Assembly: GCA_963703315.1 (NCBI GenBank)
Contig: OY969811.1
Span: forward strand, 832,001 to 896,000
Direction of reading: 5' to 3'
Source of the DNA: an uncultured cyanobacterium
Lineage (GTDB): Bacteria > Cyanobacteriota > Cyanobacteriia > Pseudanabaenales > Pseudanabaenaceae
DNA: 64,000 nucleotides
How positions within the stretch are numbered: position 1 is the stretch's first letter; each line of letters opens with the position of its first letter. The notes beneath the pieces are model-generated. The model ran no database searches. It was given only the letters and a program-made list of their open reading frames with translations, and was not told where the DNA came from. The position numbers and the translations under genes are program-made. Below are positions 28,005 to 38,363 of this stretch, piece after piece.

Positions 28005-28763
28005 ATGCAACCAGTTTATATCGTCGGTGCGGGACCTGGAGATCCAGATCTAATCACAGTTAAGGGACGAAATCTGCTTACCAAAGCCGATGTGATCGTT
28101 TATGCTAATTCCCTGATCCCTGACGCAATGCTGCAATGCTGTCGCACCGATGCGGAGATTATTCCGACAGCAAGCAAATCCCTAGAAGAGATTTTGGAAA
28201 TAATGATCGACAGAGTGCGATCGCAAAAATTGGTAGTCCGTTTACACGATGGCGATCCTAGTCTATATGGTGCAATTCAAGAACAAATGGTTGCTCTCAG
28301 TGAAGCTGAAATTCCCTTTGAGATAATCCCAGGGGTGAGTGCTTTCCAATTAGCTGCTGCTCGTTTACAGGTAGAACTAACGGTTCCTGAGCTAGTCCAA
28401 ACGATTATTCTTACGCGCATTAGTGGGCGCACTCAAGTTCCAGAACGCGAAGAACTATCCAGTCTTGCATCTCACCAAGCCTCTCTGTGTCTCTATCTTA
28501 GCGCTCATCATGTCGAGAATGCTCAAGCTAAACTAATGGAACATTATCCATCTGATACGACAGTAGCAATTTGTTATCGCTTAGGTTGGGAAGATGAGAA
28601 GATTTTGACAGTTCCTCTTACAGACATGGCATCTACCACAATCAAAGAGAACTTAACCAGAACTACACTATTTGTGATTAGCCCTGCTTTAAACCATGTG
28701 AATAAGGATGAAAAAGGGCGATCGCAGTTATATAGTTCTCACTACAAGCGACTTTTTCGGTAG
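28005..28763 (+). CDS. cobM: Precorrin-4 C11-methyltransferase
   Basis: VGAGPGDPDLITVKG, RLHDGDPSLYGA, ELTVPELVQTIILTR. Confidence 0.95.
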   Translation: MQPVYIVGAGPGDPDLITVKGRNLLTKADVIVYANSLIPDAMLQCCRTDAEIIPTASKSLEEILEIMIDRVRSQKLVVRLHDGDPSLYGAIQEQMVALSEAEIPFEIIPGVSAFQLAAARLQVELTVPELVQTIILTRISGRTQVPEREELSSLASHQASLCLYLSAHHVENAQAKLMEHYPSDTTVAICYRLGWEDEKILTVPLTDMASTTIKENLTRTTLFVISPALNHVNKDEKGRSQLYSSHYKRLFR

Positions 28764-28893
28764 CCTTAAGCAAGGAATTCTATGGTTTGTTTCCCCATCC
28801 GAAGGCGCGGAAACAAACCGCTACTTCACTAGACTGGGAAACGCTATATAATCCTATAGAATTCATAAATTGCTAGTTTTTTGTAACTCTTAT

Positions 28894-30861
28894 ATGTCCA
28901 TTGCTGCTTACGGTTCTTGGAAATCGCCCATTAGTTCAGATCTGATTGTTTCTAACAGCATTCGTCTCGGCGCGATCGCCATTGATGATGGTCATGTCTA
29001 TTGGAATGAAGGTAGACCAACGGAAGGTGGACGGAATGTGATTATGCGCTATAGCAGCGATGGCAACTATCGCGAACTCACTCCTGAGTCATTAAATGTG
29101 CGATCGCTGGTACATGAATATGGCGGCGGCGAGTATTTAGTGGAAGATGGACGAATTTATTTTTCTAACTTTAGCGATCGCCGCATTTATCGCAAAGTTG
29201 GCGGCGGCTCTTGCAAACCCTTAACTCCTGAAAGTGCCTATCGCTATGCTGATTTTGTCTGGAGTCGCATTTATGGCAAGTTAATTGCGATCCGCGAAGA
29301 CCATACAGGGGAAGGCGAACCGATTAATACCATCGTTGCCGTGAGTACTAGCAATGGCGAAGATATTCAAGTCCTCGTCACTGGTGCAGATTTCTATGCT
29401 TCACCAAGACTTAATTCCACTGGTGACAAACTCGCTTGGATTAGTTGGAATCATCCAAATATGCCTTGGGATGGAACAGAGCTATGGGTTGCTGATTTAG
29501 TGGAATCAGAAGTGGGAGTTCTCTCTGTGCAGAATCCTCAACTAGTAGCTGGTGGTGTGAATGAGTCGATCTTTCAGCCTGAATGGTCACCCGATGGTAA
29601 GCTCTATTTTGTCAGTGATCGCACAGGTTGGTGGAATTTATATCGCGCTTCTGTAGATAATCTCCAAGAAATTCAGCAAAAGATTCAGCCTATTTATCCC
29701 CTTGAAGCGGAGTTTGGCTTACCTCAATGGGTCTTTGGCATGACTACCTACGGCTTTACAGGGAATGGCAAAATCCTGAGTAGCTATACTCAGCATGGTA
29801 AATCCCATTTAGCGATTATCGATCCCGATCATCTCGATCAAGGTTTACAAGAATTCGATTTACCATTTACTTCCATTTCAGGGATAAAAGTTGAAGGCGA
29901 TCGCGCAGTTTTTCATGGTGGTTCCGCAACTGAAGCTACAGCGATTATCTTGCTTGATCTGACTACAGGATCTTGGCAAAAAGTCCGTGCTGCCAATGAT
30001 TTACAGATTGACCCAGACTATATTTCGGCGGCACAATCTGTGGAGTTTCCGACCGAAAATGGAAAGACGGCTCATGGTCTATTTTATCCTCCCAAAAACA
30101 AAGACTTTCAAGCAGAAGCTAACGAAAAACCACCGTTACTAGTTAAAAGTCATGGAGGTCCTACCGCCGCAACTTCAGGCAGTCTCAGTCTTGGCATTCA
30201 ATATTGGACAAGTCGCGGCTTTGCAGTGCTAGATGTCAACTATGGCGGCAGTACGGGCTATGGACGGGAATATCGCGATCGCCTCAAGGGTAATTGGGGC
30301 ATCGTCGATGTCGATGACTGTGCTAATGGTGCGAAGTTTCTCGCTGACAAAGGTTTAGTTGATAGCGATCGCCTCGCGATTTCAGGAGGCAGTGCTGGTG
30401 GCTACACGACTCTGTGCGCCCTCACCTTTCGCAATGATTTCAAAGCAGGCGCAAGCCATTACGGAATTTGTGATTTAGAAGCTTTAGCCACAGATACCCA
30501 TAAATTTGAGTCCCGCTATCTCGATAGTCTGATTGGCAAATATCCTGAACAAAAAGAAATTTATATTCAGAGATCGCCAATTCACTTTACCGAAAAACTT
30601 TCCTGTGCGATCGCCTTCTTCCAAGGTTTAGAAGATAAAGTCGTCCCACCCAATCAAGCGGAAATGATGGTCAAGGCTTTACGGGAAAAAGGTTTGCCCG
30701 TTGCCTACATTCCCTTTGAAGGCGAGCAGCATGGTTTCCGTAAAGCTGAGAATATCAAACGCGCCCTTGATGGTGAGTTCTATTTTTATGCTCAAATTTT
30801 TGGATTTAAACCTGCGGATGAATTGGAAGCGATCGCGATCGAGAACAGTCCACGTGATTAG
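28894..30861 (+). CDS. S9 family peptidase (prolyl oligopeptidase-like)
   Basis: AYGSWKSPI, HGGPT, GGSAGG nucleophile, DKVVPP, GEQHGF; ATG at 28894. Confidence 0.92.
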   Translation: MSIAAYGSWKSPISSDLIVSNSIRLGAIAIDDGHVYWNEGRPTEGGRNVIMRYSSDGNYRELTPESLNVRSLVHEYGGGEYLVEDGRIYFSNFSDRRIYRKVGGGSCKPLTPESAYRYADFVWSRIYGKLIAIREDHTGEGEPINTIVAVSTSNGEDIQVLVTGADFYASPRLNSTGDKLAWISWNHPNMPWDGTELWVADLVESEVGVLSVQNPQLVAGGVNESIFQPEWSPDGKLYFVSDRTGWWNLYRASVDNLQEIQQKIQPIYPLEAEFGLPQWVFGMTTYGFTGNGKILSSYTQHGKSHLAIIDPDHLDQGLQEFDLPFTSISGIKVEGDRAVFHGGSATEATAIILLDLTTGSWQKVRAANDLQIDPDYISAAQSVEFPTENGKTAHGLFYPPKNKDFQAEANEKPPLLVKSHGGPTAATSGSLSLGIQYWTSRGFAVLDVNYGGSTGYGREYRDRLKGNWGIVDVDDCANGAKFLADKGLVDSDRLAISGGSAGGYTTLCALTFRNDFKAGASHYGICDLEALATDTHKFESRYLDSLIGKYPEQKEIYIQRSPIHFTEKLSCAIAFFQGLEDKVVPPNQAEMMVKALREKGLPVAYIPFEGEQHGFRKAENIKRALDGEFYFYAQIFGFKPADELEAIAIENSPRD

Positions 30862-30894
30862 GTTTTCACTTCTAGCCCTTTTCCTGTTAAAACC

Positions 30895-30996
30895 TGCCCT
30901 CATCCCCCTAGCCCTTCTCCCTCTTTGGGAGAAGGGGAGTAAGAAATTTTTCTTGTTCCCCTCTCCCTTTTGGGGAGAAGGGCTAGGGGTGAGGGT
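30895..30996. repeat. Cyanobacterial CCCTCTCCC/GGGAGAAGGG double-hairpin repeat
   Basis: ccctcatccccctagcccttctccc..gggagaagggg..cccctctccc..gggagaagggctaggggtgaggg. Confidence 0.8.
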
Positions 30997-31003
30997 CTTA
31001 GCC

Positions 31004-31654
31004 TTATTGTTTATCCCGCTTTGTGAGGAAGAAAATAGCGATCGCCCCAATGACAAAACCACTAACATGGGCTAAGTAAGCCACCCCTGGTAAATTGGGA
31101 TTTGCCATCGCTGCATATACAGTTTGTCCAGCAATCCATAAACCTAAAAATACTGCCGATGGTATAGGAATGGCAGTTATAAAAAATCCGAGAAAAACTA
31201 AACTTAAAATCCGCGCACGGGGAAATCTCACCAGATACGCACCCATCACTCCCGATATTGCGCCACTTGCACCCACCATTGGTACTAGTGACATCGGTGT
31301 AGTTAGTACTTGGACTAGTCCTGCAACGGCTCCACATAGCAAGTAGAAGAACAGAAATTTCCAATGTCCAAGCTGATCTTCAATATTATTTCCAAATAGA
31401 TAGAGAAACCACATATTCCCAGCTAAATGGAAGATATTCGCATGGATAAATTGTGATGATAGTAAGGCGATCGCTTCTCTGGGCGGATTAGCAACTAACT
31501 CCTTAGGGACTAAAGCCCAAGTACCAATCCATTGTCCAAGTTGAAAATTGGGTAGGCTGGCTTGATATCCAAAAATCAGAACATTGATCACAATTATCGT
31601 ATAGACAACGATAGAAGTATCTTGGGTCGGATTGTCATCATGTAAAGGAAACAT
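31004..31654 (-). CDS. Rhomboid intramembrane serine protease
   Basis: HLAGNMWFLYLFGNNIED, VGASGAISG, AYLAHVSGF. Confidence 0.93.
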   Translation of the reverse strand: MFPLHDDNPTQDTSIVVYTIIVINVLIFGYQASLPNFQLGQWIGTWALVPKELVANPPREAIALLSSQFIHANIFHLAGNMWFLYLFGNNIEDQLGHWKFLFFYLLCGAVAGLVQVLTTPMSLVPMVGASGAISGVMGAYLVRFPRARILSLVFLGFFITAIPIPSAVFLGLWIAGQTVYAAMANPNLPGVAYLAHVSGFVIGAIAIFFLTKRDKQ

Positions 31655-31706
31655 TGCTAACCATAGGCGACAGCTTTATTGATTTTAGCAATTATCGCTG
31701 TTGCTA

Positions 31707-31761
31707 TTTTTTAGTGTTGAGATGGTCGGTGCTTTGCGCCAACCATCTCAACACTAAAAAA
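31707..31761. repeat. Triloop hairpin
   Basis: ttttttagtgttgagatggtcggtgc-ttt-gcgccaaccatctcaacactaaaaaa. Confidence 0.85.
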
Positions 31762-31841
31762 GGAACTAATTACAAATTTGTGAGTCTACCTAATCAGGGG
31801 AAGACCTAAATATTTTTAATCACTATGGAGATTAATCAGTC

Positions 31842-32336
31842 ATGCAATGGCAACAAAAATCCGTTTTATTACTATGTACTCTAGTCTTGGGGGGCAGTAC
31901 TTTAATCGCCAATGCGATCGAAGCAAAACAACCGATTAAAGTTAAGCCAGAGAAAGGTAGCGTAACCACCACAACTTCTACCACTACCACTACTACTACT
32001 TCGACATCAATACAGTCCCTCAGCCTGACGGAAACTCAACGCATTCAAATTGTAGAAATCATTAGTGGTAAAAGTACTTCTAGCTCTCTGATCAGTACTA
32101 GTTTGCGTCAGCAAATCTTTGCTCAAGTCAAGTCTCTACCACCAGGGATTCAGAAAAAACTAGCTCGTGGCAAGGGCTTGCCCCCAGGAATTGCGAAGAA
32201 AGTCTTACTGCCTGTTACGGTGGTGAACTACGTCAATTTACCTCCTAACACCAATCTAATTGTCGTTGGGTCTAATGTAATTGTGATTGATCCCATCAGA
32301 AATATCGTTCTCGATATGATCTCGAATATTCTCTAA
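31842..32336 (+). CDS. Secreted protein with LPPGI(Q/A)KK repeats (RcnB-like)
   Basis: Signal peptide, poly-Thr linker, LPPGIQKKLARGKGLPPGIAKK. Confidence 0.65.
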   Translation: MQWQQKSVLLLCTLVLGGSTLIANAIEAKQPIKVKPEKGSVTTTTSTTTTTTTSTSIQSLSLTETQRIQIVEIISGKSTSSSLISTSLRQQIFAQVKSLPPGIQKKLARGKGLPPGIAKKVLLPVTVVNYVNLPPNTNLIVVGSNVIVIDPIRNIVLDMISNIL

Positions 32337-32346
32337 TACCAATTCA

Positions 32347-32384
32347 CAAAAGAAGAGGCGGCGCTTTGCGCCGCCTCTTCTTTT
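32347..32384. repeat. Triloop hairpin between convergent genes
   Basis: aaaagaagaggcggcgc-ttt-gcgccgcctcttctttt. Confidence 0.9.
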
Positions 32385-33411
32385 AGTCCATATCATCAAG
32401 CTTGATGCGTGGATCAACAGCTTTGAGGAGTAAGTCACCAATGAGATTCCCGACGACTAGCATCAAAGTTCCCAACATCAATCCAGCCATCACTAAATTA
32501 GTATCTTTTTCTTTAGTTGCATCCAACAGTAATTTACCTAAACCAGGCCAACTAAAGAAGAACTCTGTAATAAATGCACCACCGAGCAATCCTGCAAACT
32601 CAAATCCTAGCAAAGTAATGAGGGGATTAATGGCATTACGGAGCGCATGAACATAAATTACTTTGCCTTCAGGCAATCCTTTAGCACGGGCAGTTTTGAT
32701 ATAGTCTTGACGCAAGACATCTAGCAAGCTGCCCCGCATGATTCTTTGCAATCCTGCAAAACTGACGATGGTGAGAGTCAAGATTGGTAAAATCATGTGA
32801 TGACTGATATCTAAGAATTTTCCGAAGGGGGAGAGATCAGAAAAATTGATGCTAGTCATGCCACCAACGGGAAACCATCCTGTATTTTGAGCCACCATCA
32901 ATAACAGAATTGCTAATACAAAACTGGGAAATCCTTGGGTGGCATAGCTCAATATTTGGATCAGGCGATCGCTCCAAGTGTTTTGCTTAACGGCGCTATA
33001 AATGCCGAGGGGAATCGCTAATAGCCATGTGGTTATTAAAGAAGCGATCGACATTATTAAGGTATTGCCAGCCCGTTCGACAATTAATGGCGTAACAGGT
33101 GATAGCCCTTGACAACGAACTCCCAAATTCCCGTTTAAAGCATTTTGCAACCATAGCAAGTACTGCTGCTCTACAGGTTTGTCGTAGTTAAGTTGTTTTT
33201 CTAACTGCTCAATGATCTTTTTGGGTGTGCTGGGATTATTTCTTAGTTCAGCAAAGCAATTTGAGGGAGATTTAGTGATTGCAACAAAGCTTAAGATTGA
33301 TACAAAAAAAACGACTATAACCGCTTGTCCCAGTCGCTTTACCACAAATTCTGTTGTGTCATTAAAAATAAAGCGCCAGAAAGATCGATTTCCTGTGTTT
33401 ACAGTCGCCAT
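32383..33411 (-). CDS. Peptide/nickel ABC transporter permease (OppB/DppB-like)
   Basis: QDYIKTARAKGL..HALRNA EAA loop, FSWPGLG, DPRI. Confidence 0.92.
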   Translation of the reverse strand: MATVNTGNRSFWRFIFNDTTEFVVKRLGQAVIVVFFVSILSFVAITKSPSNCFAELRNNPSTPKKIIEQLEKQLNYDKPVEQQYLLWLQNALNGNLGVRCQGLSPVTPLIVERAGNTLIMSIASLITTWLLAIPLGIYSAVKQNTWSDRLIQILSYATQGFPSFVLAILLLMVAQNTGWFPVGGMTSINFSDLSPFGKFLDISHHMILPILTLTIVSFAGLQRIMRGSLLDVLRQDYIKTARAKGLPEGKVIYVHALRNAINPLITLLGFEFAGLLGGAFITEFFFSWPGLGKLLLDATKEKDTNLVMAGLMLGTLMLVVGNLIGDLLLKAVDPRIKLDDMD

Positions 33412-33454
33412 AAGTTAAGGTTGCCGCTTGATCAATTTTTGTTCTCTTACCATT

Positions 33455-33509
33455 TTATAGCTAAGCGAAAAGAGAGTTGCGCCGCAACTCTCTTTTCGCT
33501 TAGCTATAA
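33455..33509. repeat. Long near-perfect hairpin
   Basis: ttatagctaagcgaaaagagagttgc-gcc-gcaactctcttttcgcttagctataa. Confidence 0.9.
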
Positions 33510-33518
33510 GGGAATATT

Positions 33519-34412
33519 CTAACGGAAGCGCGATCGCCAAATTCGTTGATATTCACTGTCATTCAAACCACCCGAAGTATTCATATTATTGGCTTGAATG
33601 GTTTGATTAAGTGCGGAAATTCGCTCATCAGTGCCAGGGTGACTGCTTAAAAATGCAGGAGCGCCACCAGAACTAGATAGCTTTTGCATAAATGCAGGCA
33701 TAGCTCTTGCTGCAAAACCTGCTTTGGTGATGTTGAGCAAGCCTCGGCGATCGGCATCAAACTCAGCTTCTCGACTGTTTGGTAAACGTAGAGCCAGATC
33801 CACACCAATACCAATTAGGCGATCGTCAGCCACCCCTGCGATTGTGGCGATCCCTTGCGCGATCGCCATCTGTTTCATTTGCTCTAGGGAATGACGACCT
33901 GTAATATGCCCTATTTCGTGACCGATGACGCTAGCCAATTGCGCTACATTATCAGCCGCCGCGATTGTCCCAGTATTAATGTAAACGAAGCCGCCCATTG
34001 TCGCAAAGGCATTGAGATTTTTGTCATCAACTACGCGAAAAGTATAAGGAATATTGGGGCGATCGCTACTTGGTACAAGGATTTGTCCTAATCGACTTAC
34101 TAAAGCATTGGCGGCGGGATCGCGACTAAGCCTTACTTCTTGCTGAATCTGCTGATCAATTTGGCGACCTAGCCCTACTTCGTCATTATCCCCAATGCTA
34201 GAAAGCTGAATAATTTGAATAGCGGAGGGCAAAATCCGAAATAGGTCAGATAAGTCGAAAGCACTGGCAATTAGAGGATTAAGAGTAACTGCTAAGGTTA
34301 AAGACATCAGTGCCGCGATCGCAAATCTCCAATAGCGTTGCATTTTTTGTTTAATAGCTATGGCGAATTTCTGACTACTTGCATTTGATAATTTAGGGAT
34401 CAGTATTTTCAT
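33519..34412 (-). CDS. M48 family metallopeptidase
   Basis: NAFATMGG, HEIGH, SREAEFDAD, FLSSHP. Confidence 0.92.
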   Translation of the reverse strand: MKILIPKLSNASSQKFAIAIKQKMQRYWRFAIAALMSLTLAVTLNPLIASAFDLSDLFRILPSAIQIIQLSSIGDNDEVGLGRQIDQQIQQEVRLSRDPAANALVSRLGQILVPSSDRPNIPYTFRVVDDKNLNAFATMGGFVYINTGTIAAADNVAQLASVIGHEIGHITGRHSLEQMKQMAIAQGIATIAGVADDRLIGIGVDLALRLPNSREAEFDADRRGLLNITKAGFAARAMPAFMQKLSSSGGAPAFLSSHPGTDERISALNQTIQANNMNTSGGLNDSEYQRIWRSRFR

Positions 34413-34636
34413 ATTTCGAGTACCTTACGCTTTACCTATCTTAATTATTTAGCGGCTTTGTAAAATCTTCAGGCTACATCCCCACCACTAGAGCCAACAT
34501 TGCCCAATAACAATATTGACTTGATTGACGTTTAATTTACTGAAAAAGTTGCAAAAGTTGATCTCTTAGATTCGATAGACAGATTTTTGGTGATTTCTAC
34601 TATAATTAGCTATAGCTAGAAGTAAGTTGGTAAATT

Positions 34637-35608
34637 ATGTTTCTTACCGCCCCCAAACCTGATCAAACTATCCACAACGCTATTCCGCAAGACCTATTTG
34701 CCGCGATCGCTGATCTCAAGAAAGAACTGAATGCCGTAATTTTGGCGCATTATTACCAAGATCCCGATCTTCAAGATATTGCAGACTATATTGGCGATTC
34801 TCTAGGACTGTCACAAGCTGCCGTTAATTGCCAAGCGGACGTGATCGTATTTCTGGGTGTACATTTCATGGCAGAAACCGCCAAGATATTAAACCCTAAC
34901 AAATTAGTATTGCTACCCGATCTAGACGCAGGTTGCTCCCTTGCTGATAGTTGTCCCCCCGATCGCTTTGCCGCATTCAAAGCAGCCCATCCCGATCATT
35001 TGGTGATTTCCTACATAAATTGCTCAGCCGAGATTAAAGCTCTCAGCGATATTATTTGTACTAGCTCTAATGCAGTGGCGATCGTCAATCAAATCCCTAA
35101 TGATCAGCCTATTATTTTCGCACCCGATCGCAATCTGGGTAGATACGTCAGCGAACAAACAGGACGCGAGCTTTTGTTATGGGATGGTGCTTGCATGGTT
35201 CATGAAATTTTTTCGGAACGCAAGCTCATAGACCTGAAAGTAAGTCATCCCCAAGCCGATATCATTGCTCACCCTGAATGTGAGTCCAATGTATTACGTC
35301 ATGCAGATTTTATTGGTTCTACCACTGGCTTACTTAAATATGCACAGAAAAGCGATCGCCTAGAATTTATTGTCGTCACGGAGTCTGGCGTAATTCACCA
35401 AATGCAAAAAGCGGCTCCATTGAAAAAATTTATCCCCGCGCCCCCGACTAGCAATTGTGCCTGTAACGAATGTCCCTATATGCGTCTCAATACCTTAGAA
35501 AAGGTATATCTATCGATGAAAAATCGTTCTCCTGAGATCATTATCGAAGAGTCAATTCGTAAAGCAGCACTCAAACCTATGCAAAGGATGCTCGAAATGT
35601 CTGTGTGA
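34637..35608 (+). CDS. nadA: Quinolinate synthase
   Basis: [38 protein letters not shown]. Confidence 0.97.
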   Translation: MFLTAPKPDQTIHNAIPQDLFAAIADLKKELNAVILAHYYQDPDLQDIADYIGDSLGLSQAAVNCQADVIVFLGVHFMAETAKILNPNKLVLLPDLDAGCSLADSCPPDRFAAFKAAHPDHLVISYINCSAEIKALSDIICTSSNAVAIVNQIPNDQPIIFAPDRNLGRYVSEQTGRELLLWDGACMVHEIFSERKLIDLKVSHPQADIIAHPECESNVLRHADFIGSTTGLLKYAQKSDRLEFIVVTESGVIHQMQKAAPLKKFIPAPPTSNCACNECPYMRLNTLEKVYLSMKNRSPEIIIEESIRKAALKPMQRMLEMSV

Positions 35609-35905
35609 AATTGATCACAAATCCAAGGTTTTAGCCATAAAGACTGATATTTTCTTTAGCCGCAAGGTGCTTATATTGCTGATGATTAATCATTAATTCA
35701 TCTAAAAGTTTTTGAACTAGAGTCCAATCAGCGAAACCATGATTAGTTTCAGCGATAATTTGTTGACGTAAGGTTCTAATTTTGTGGAGGTTATCTTGTG
35801 TCATAAGATTTTATTTTGTCTTTTAATCCTATCTGCCTAAATATCTACCACTTTTACTATCTAGTTTTTAGTATCGTAGAACTCAAAGTCAAAAATAAAT
35901 TTCAG

Positions 35906-35993
35906 AATATAAAACCCAAAAAACCTGTGGCACACGCCTAGCGTGTGCCACAGGTTTTTTGGGTTTTATATTTTAATTGCGCCTAGCTACTTA
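35906..35993. repeat. Long hairpin plus one TAAGTAGCT-type terminus
   Basis: aatataaaacccaaaaaacctgtggcacacgc-cta-gcgtgtgccacaggttttttgggttttatatt followed by gcctagctactta. Confidence 0.8.
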
Positions 35994-36097
35994 AACCTCA
36001 CCTTGATCGTCGCAGCAATGGCATACTGAGAGGTGAAAAGCACTTATGCCGATTATCTACCTTTTATTTCTAGATCAGAAAATCTAAATTAATGCTC

Positions 36098-36355
36098 ATG
36101 TACACAATTGAAATCATTCTCAAAAATAACCCGATCGCTTTGTCTGTACAGCGCAAGGAACAAGAAAATGCTGAGGCGCTTTATCGTGAAATTGCTAGTG
36201 CGATCGCCGAAAGTAATACTAAAGTCTTGGAATTAACCTGCGAAAAGCAAGAGGGCAAAAAAGTTTCTGTCATTACTAGCGAAATTACTGCTGTCCAAAT
36301 ATCTGACAAGTCGGGAACCTCAGCTAATCTTGGCGCTGGTTTTGTGCGCGGCTAG
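36098..36355 (+). CDS. Conserved cyanobacterial small protein (UPF0367-like)
   Basis: MYTIEIILK..P..LSVQRKE..A..LY..I..A....LELTCEKQ. Confidence 0.75.
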   Translation: MYTIEIILKNNPIALSVQRKEQENAEALYREIASAIAESNTKVLELTCEKQEGKKVSVITSEITAVQISDKSGTSANLGAGFVRG

Positions 36356-36362
36356 TAGCTAA

Positions 36363-36407
36363 CCATAAAATTAGAGATAACACAAAGCGCTATCTCTAAT
36401 TTTATGG
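36363..36407. repeat. Degenerate triloop hairpin
   Basis: ccataaaattagagataacac-aaa-gcgctatctctaattttatgg. Confidence 0.8.
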
Positions 36408-36447
36408 ATTTTTCCTAAATATATTTAGCCATTATTCGCAATTAACA

Positions 36448-37128
36448 ATGCTCACTGATCAATCTGTAACTACTGCCATTAGTGTTCGCAACCTTAACTT
36501 TGCTTGGGCATCAGGTGAAACAATTCTCGATCGCTGCACCTTGTCAGTTCCTAAAGGTGAATTTTGGATGCTATTAGGCACTAATGGCAGTGGTAAATCA
36601 ACTTTGCTGAGACTATTAGCAGGCTTACTCAAACCTAAATCTGGTGATATTGAGATCAGCGATCGCGTGGGTTTTGTTTTTCAAAATCCTGATCATCAAT
36701 TAGTTATGCCAACAGTGGGTGCAGATATTGCCTTTGGGTTAGTATCCGAAAATCTTTCCTATCGCGAAACCTACCAACGAGTTGAAGAATCTCTCAGTGC
36801 GGTGAATCTCTCCCAAATGATCCGCCGCCCTATTTATGCTCTTAGCGGTGGGCAAAAACAACGGGTCGCGATCGCAGGGGCGATCGCGCGTCATGCTGAA
36901 GTTTTATTACTGGATGAACCAACGGCTTTGTTAGATGGCGATAACCAGATCGATCTAGTTGCCTCAGTTCGTGATTTGGTTAAACAAAAAAATCTGACGG
37001 CTCTATGGGTAACGCATCGATTAAATGAGCTTGATTATGCTGATGGAGCATTTTTATTAGAGCATGGTCAAGTAGTTGATCAAGGTGAGCCGATGCGACT
37101 AAAACAAGTATTGCTAGAGCGTAGTTAG
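36448..37128 (+). CDS. ECF/CbiO-like ABC ATPase
   Basis: GTNGSGKS, FQNPDHQ, LSGGQKQR, LLDEPT. Confidence 0.9.
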   Translation: MLTDQSVTTAISVRNLNFAWASGETILDRCTLSVPKGEFWMLLGTNGSGKSTLLRLLAGLLKPKSGDIEISDRVGFVFQNPDHQLVMPTVGADIAFGLVSENLSYRETYQRVEESLSAVNLSQMIRRPIYALSGGQKQRVAIAGAIARHAEVLLLDEPTALLDGDNQIDLVASVRDLVKQKNLTALWVTHRLNELDYADGAFLLEHGQVVDQGEPMRLKQVLLERS

Positions 37129-37245
37129 ACTGTAACCTCAACTTTGAATTAAAAAAGACTTAAAATCAAGGTATGGCAAGAAATTCTGATAATGTGGACA
37201 AATCTTTTTACATATTAAAACCAAAATTCAAATTCATAACACCTC

Positions 37246-38316
37246 ATGCAAGGCACGCTCAGAGAAATTGACGTACATACCATCATTCACCTCATCGAGT
37301 TTGGACAAAGAACTGGGGAGCTATTGATTGAGTCTAGTCTAGGAAAATTCTGGTTTTTGTTTTTTGATAATGGCGAACTGATCTACGCGACTGACACTGA
37401 CAGTAAGCTAACAAGACTGCGAGATTACTTATATGGACTAGGTTTAGCACATACACTTGATAGCCTAGAAACTTCCAAGTTAGGTATTAATGTCTTGGAG
37501 TATGGGCAGATTTGGGCATTGCTCAAGTCTAAGCTCTTAAATCCTGATCAAGCTAAGTTAATTCTGAAAAATACGATTCGAGAAGTGCTTTTTGATATTT
37601 TTGGTCTCTATCAAGGCACTTTTGTCTTTGAAATTAGCCCCGTACTTACTCCAAAGTTAACCAAGCTCAAATTTTCGGAAATTAGCTCCGAATATTCACG
37701 ACAACTACAGGCATGGAAGCAGTTTTATCCAGTTATCCAGTCGATTAATCAATGTCCGATCCTAATATATGAGGGTGCGCTACCACATTTACAGACTTGG
37801 ATCAATGGTGAAACAACAATCCGTCAATTATCTCGATACTCAGGTCTAGATATTACTGAAGTCGGAGAATCGATCTATGAGGCGATCGGGCTTGGGCAGA
37901 TTGCAATTACACCACTAGCGATGAGTGCGCCCCAACAAGTTAAAGTGCAATCTCCAAGAATCTTGTGTATTGATGATAGTGTCACCATTTGCCGTGCCGT
38001 TGAATATATCCTGCACAATCACGGTTTTCAAGTTATGGCAGTTTCTAGCCCCACCAAAGCATTAAGCCTAATTTTTCAGCATAAACCTGATCTGATTTTG
38101 TGTGATATCACCATGCCAGAGATCGATGGCTATGAACTATGTGGAATGCTCCGTAAATCTAGCGCTTTTGCCAAAGTCCCGATCATCATGCTAACGGGCA
38201 AAGATGGCTTCATCGATCGCGTCAAAGCAAGGATGGTTGGTGCTACTGAATATTTAACTAAACCCTTTGGCGAAAAAGAATTACTTACAACGGTAGAAAA
38301 ATACTGTAAAAGATAG
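37246..38316 (+). CDS. PatA-family response regulator (PATAN/DUF4388 + REC)
   Basis: MQGTLREID..GQRTGELLIE N-domain; C-terminal REC CIDDS..DITMPEIDG..TKPF. Confidence 0.88.
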   Translation: MQGTLREIDVHTIIHLIEFGQRTGELLIESSLGKFWFLFFDNGELIYATDTDSKLTRLRDYLYGLGLAHTLDSLETSKLGINVLEYGQIWALLKSKLLNPDQAKLILKNTIREVLFDIFGLYQGTFVFEISPVLTPKLTKLKFSEISSEYSRQLQAWKQFYPVIQSINQCPILIYEGALPHLQTWINGETTIRQLSRYSGLDITEVGESIYEAIGLGQIAITPLAMSAPQQVKVQSPRILCIDDSVTICRAVEYILHNHGFQVMAVSSPTKALSLIFQHKPDLILCDITMPEIDGYELCGMLRKSSAFAKVPIIMLTGKDGFIDRVKARMVGATEYLTKPFGEKELLTTVEKYCKR

Positions 38317-38363
38317 ATAGGCGATTCGCCGATAGATGACAAATAACATACTGTAGCAGAAAA

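Noticed and set aside
35609..36091. Long intergenic region as a possible ncRNA or riboswitch
   Set aside because: Apart from the repeat at 35906-35993 I could not recognise a conserved structure; an Rfam search would be needed
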